This document shows positions 59,763 through 64,000 of a stretch of DNA of 64,000 nucleotides, one piece after another (positions within the stretch are counted from its first letter, which is position 1; each line of letters opens with the position of its first letter). The notes beneath the pieces are model-generated. The model saw nothing but the letters and a program-made list of their open reading frames with translations. It did not search any database and was not told where the DNA came from. This DNA comes from a bacterium (GTDB taxonomy: Bacteria; SAR324; NAC60-12). The stretch lies in assembly GCA_965209155.1 (NCBI GenBank), contig OZ242383.1, positions 1,408,001-1,472,000 of the forward strand, in the 5' to 3' direction. The translations under genes were made by a program, and so were the position numbers.

Positions 59763-62723
59763 CTATACACCCTGGTCCGTCTTCATGGAAATCGCAGGAC
59801 GATTTGGATCCAAATCCGTTTCGTCATGGTATTGAAGCATGACGTGACGGACCCGATCGCTGAGGTTGCGGGCAGCCATCCAGTCCCTGCCCTGTGGATA
59901 AACAGCTTGGGTGAAAATCATTTCAACTGCAGTACGCCGGGGTTTCCATATTCCATCCGGAAGGAGTGCGCGCGTCCCTTTCAGGACGACCGGCACGACG
60001 GGGAGTTGGTTTCGGGTCGCGATGGTAAAAGCACCCAGGTGAAAGGGCAATAATCCTGGCGCCCGGGCCAGTGTCCCTTCCGGAAAAAATACCAGGGAGT
60101 GCCCGTTACAGGCCACTTGAGCAATCCGATCATTGTCTTTCACGCTTTCTTGAAGGTCGAAGCGTTCCACGAACAAAGTACCAAAGCGTTGCAGAAAGTT
60201 CTTGACGATCCCACGGGATTCCAGTTCCCGTTTTGCAACGAACCTGACGAAGTCCGGCATGGCGGCAATCAATATCAGTCCATCGATATAACTGGAATGA
60301 TTGACCACGAAGATGCAAGGAGAGGGAAAAACGCGGGATCCTTGGCGCTTTACGGAAATCCCTGTGAGAAAGAGAAAATAGCGAGCCATAGTCTGGATAA
60401 AGCGAAATCGCTGGGACAAGGTGGGGATGAACATCTGCCCTATCCAGGCCAGCGGCGTTAAGAACCCGAAAAAGAACCAGCAGTACCAGGCGTAGATCTC
60501 TTGACGCAGCTTTTTTCGCATCCGCTTTTGCCAGGTCGGCAGTGCTTCCCTGCTGAGACGGAGCAATTGACGCCAAACGGGCAATATGCCTTTTCCCAGG
60601 TTCCCGCTTTCATACAATTCTTTCAAGGCCGTCCTGCGAATTTTGCCGCTCGAGGTTTTGAGTAGAGTATTCGGACGGGCTAAGACGATATCATCGGGAG
60701 GCGTGGCCAGACACTCGTCAGAGAGTACTTGAATCCGATGCCTGAGGGATTCCAGCGCTTGTTCGTCCCGTTCTCGAGTTTCTGCAAGTACGACCAGTCG
60801 TTCGGTTCCCAAGTTAGCATCCATGGATCCGAACACTGCCACCCTTCCCTTGCGAATACCCGGCAGGTTCCCGATTGCTTCTTCCAGGGCATAAGGATAG
60901 ATATTACGACCGGCACGAATGATGACTTCCTTTGCGCGTCCGGTTATATAGATTTCTCCATCGGCCTGGTAGGCATAATCTCCGGAATCCAACCATTTTC
61001 CGTGAAACAATGCTTGAGTCGCCTCTTCATTGCGATAATATCCCGAGGTGCAGGAAGGTCCCCGGAATTCCAGTCGCCCGACCTGGCGTTCCGCAACCTC
61101 GTTTCCGGTATCATCCAGCAGTCTCACTCCATAACCTTCCAGAGGTCGGCCGCAGGAGACAAAGGATAAGGTGTTTTCATCCCGGACTTTTTCCCGGTCA
61201 ACCGGGCGTGAATCCTCACGCATGAATTGTTGATCGATCGGCTCCGCCCGTCCCTGCCGCATAAAGGGTTCACGTTTGATGGACTCCACGAGCGGACCTC
61301 TTCCCGGCGGCGTGAACGTGAGCGCCACAGTCGCTTCCGCCATTCCATAGACCGGCATCATGGCGTTCGGAAGATATCCATAGGGGGCAAACCTTTCTGC
61401 AAATCGGCTCATGGTCGTCGGAAGAATCGGTTCCGCGCCATTGAGCGCAAGACGCCAGGAACTCAAGTCCAGGTTTCGAACCTGTTCCTCCTTCACCCTG
61501 TTCACGCACAATTCGTAGCAGAAATTGGGAGCGACGGACAAAGTTGCCCGGTGGTGATGAATACTCCATAACCAGCGAGCCGGGCGACTGAGAAAGGCAA
61601 GAGGAGAGAGGACCACCAAAGGCGCAGCATAATAGAGAGCGATGAACCAGGTGCCCAATCCCATATCGTGGTAAAGGGGAAGCCAACTGACGCCTACGTC
61701 TTGCGGTGTCACCTGCAGAGCATTTCCAATCGCCCGGATGTTGGCCAGCAACATGGCATGGGTCAATACAACCCCTTTGGGATTTCCGGTGCTTCCTGAA
61801 GTGTATTGAATCAGGGCGATGTCGCTGGCCCGCCGGTGGGGGCGCAGTGAATTCGATTGTCCCAGTCGTAACTGCGCCACGTCCACGACGTGTTGCATAC
61901 TCTCCACCCGGGCGCGGAGGAGATAGGTCAATGGTTTGGCTTCAGGAACAGTAATGAGCAGGGAAGGTTGCGCGTTTTCGAGAATGGTGATTTGACGCCG
62001 CAAATGGTCTTCGAGATTCTTGAGGTTTGCTGGGGGATAGAGCGGTACGGCGATGCCGCCTGCGAATAAAATTCCAAAAAATGTAAAAAAATAGTCTTTG
62101 CCGGTGGGAAGCATCAAAGCAACAGGCTGGTTGGGAGATATTCCCAGCGCCCGTAATCCTCCTGCCACTTCCAACGCGCCTTCGAGTAATTGATCGAAGG
62201 TGATTGTCTGCTCCTTCTCCGCAGTTTGAACCAGGTAAAGATGCGGTCGTTGCGGATGAAGTCTGGAACGCCATTCCAGCACTTCCAGCAAGGTGGAAAA
62301 TATTTCGGGAGTGGTTTCCGTTTGGGTCGTTTCTCCCAACAAAGATACCTGGGAAGGCTCAAAATCCAGTAGTTCTTTGTCCCTGCCAAGCAAGGCATGG
62401 TATAATTCTCCAGGGGTGTTGATCGATGCCAGGACGTCTTCAGGAAGAGCCACTCCATAGACGTCTTCCAGGCGGGAAAACAATTCCACCCGGGCAATGC
62501 TATCCAACCCCAAATCCTGGGTGAAACCGGAATCCAAGGTGACGGGAACCGGACCCTGAGGATACAACTCCTTATAGAGCTTACTCGTGATCTCCAGGAC
62601 GTTTCGGGCAAGAGATTCTGACTGAATCTCCCCTGAACTCCGATGCTCTGTTGATGGGAAATTCGAGTGAGATTCCTCCCGGTCGTCCGAGTGATGCTGT
62701 GTGAAGTTATTATTCACGATCAA
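59763..62723 (-). CDS. ACP + fatty acyl-AMP ligase-like + lysophospholipid acyltransferase fusion
   Basis: LGLDSI, YTSGSTGNPKG, WLPLYHDMGL, NHSSYID, FPEGT. Confidence 0.9.
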   Translation of the reverse strand: MIVNNNFTQHHSDDREESHSNFPSTEHRSSGEIQSESLARNVLEITSKLYKELYPQGPVPVTLDSGFTQDLGLDSIARVELFSRLEDVYGVALPEDVLASINTPGELYHALLGRDKELLDFEPSQVSLLGETTQTETTPEIFSTLLEVLEWRSRLHPQRPHLYLVQTAEKEQTITFDQLLEGALEVAGGLRALGISPNQPVALMLPTGKDYFFTFFGILFAGGIAVPLYPPANLKNLEDHLRRQITILENAQPSLLITVPEAKPLTYLLRARVESMQHVVDVAQLRLGQSNSLRPHRRASDIALIQYTSGSTGNPKGVVLTHAMLLANIRAIGNALQVTPQDVGVSWLPLYHDMGLGTWFIALYYAAPLVVLSPLAFLSRPARWLWSIHHHRATLSVAPNFCYELCVNRVKEEQVRNLDLSSWRLALNGAEPILPTTMSRFAERFAPYGYLPNAMMPVYGMAEATVALTFTPPGRGPLVESIKREPFMRQGRAEPIDQQFMREDSRPVDREKVRDENTLSFVSCGRPLEGYGVRLLDDTGNEVAERQVGRLEFRGPSCTSGYYRNEEATQALFHGKWLDSGDYAYQADGEIYITGRAKEVIIRAGRNIYPYALEEAIGNLPGIRKGRVAVFGSMDANLGTERLVVLAETRERDEQALESLRHRIQVLSDECLATPPDDIVLARPNTLLKTSSGKIRRTALKELYESGNLGKGILPVWRQLLRLSREALPTWQKRMRKKLRQEIYAWYCWFFFGFLTPLAWIGQMFIPTLSQRFRFIQTMARYFLFLTGISVKRQGSRVFPSPCIFVVNHSSYIDGLILIAAMPDFVRFVAKRELESRGIVKNFLQRFGTLFVERFDLQESVKDNDRIAQVACNGHSLVFFPEGTLARAPGLLPFHLGAFTIATRNQLPVVPVVLKGTRALLPDGIWKPRRTAVEMIFTQAVYPQGRDWMAARNLSDRVRHVMLQYHDETDLDPNRPAISMKTDQGV

Positions 62724-62793
62724 ACCTTTTTCAAGCGCATCTTTGACTCTTCAAAAGATTCTCGACGTCCTCCGGATTGAGGAAAGAATCGAT

Positions 62794-64000
<1,207 letters not shown>

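Overview
Bacterial chromosomal window with two parts. The atpZ-atpI-atpB-atpE block split from the rest of the ATP synthase operon and the sigma54 regulation suggest a deltaproteobacteria/SAR324-like host (inference only). Part 1 (about 1-43820) is a mosaic accessory region abutting the 3' end of recF. It holds duplicated catabolic/transport cassettes (AglEFGK-like sugar ABC transporters, amidase, beta-hydroxyacid dehydrogenase, SDRs), several toxin-antitoxin loci, an Rpn-like nuclease, IS66 relics and an intact IS21-family element with two extra genes that interrupts an AlbA_2/Schlafen-domain gene. It also holds a 1969-aa sigma54 activator whose N-terminus is an integrase arm-binding domain, plus an internally deleted paralog of it. 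Part 2 (43860-64000) is mostly housekeeping/metabolic: recF, dnaN, TsaC/YciO family, trmL, ddl, atpZIBE, a ThDP enzyme, Opp/Dpp permeases, oxidoreductases, an ACP-ligase-acyltransferase and monomeric icd. The most unusual signals are: (a) the four-gene IS21 carrying iteron-like repeats and an IHF site; (b) the arm-domain/pseudokinase/ATPase/GAF/sigma54 activator with arm-site-like repeats upstream and a complete sigma54 promoter nearby; (c) nested miniature elements that mix IS-like shells with REP-like cores, shown by filled/empty paralogous sites; (d) repeated hollowing of genes by internal deletion, and clustered amino-acid changes between near-identical paralogs. No CRISPR array, tRNA or rRNA was found. 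All calls come from reading the sequence; no database searches were run.
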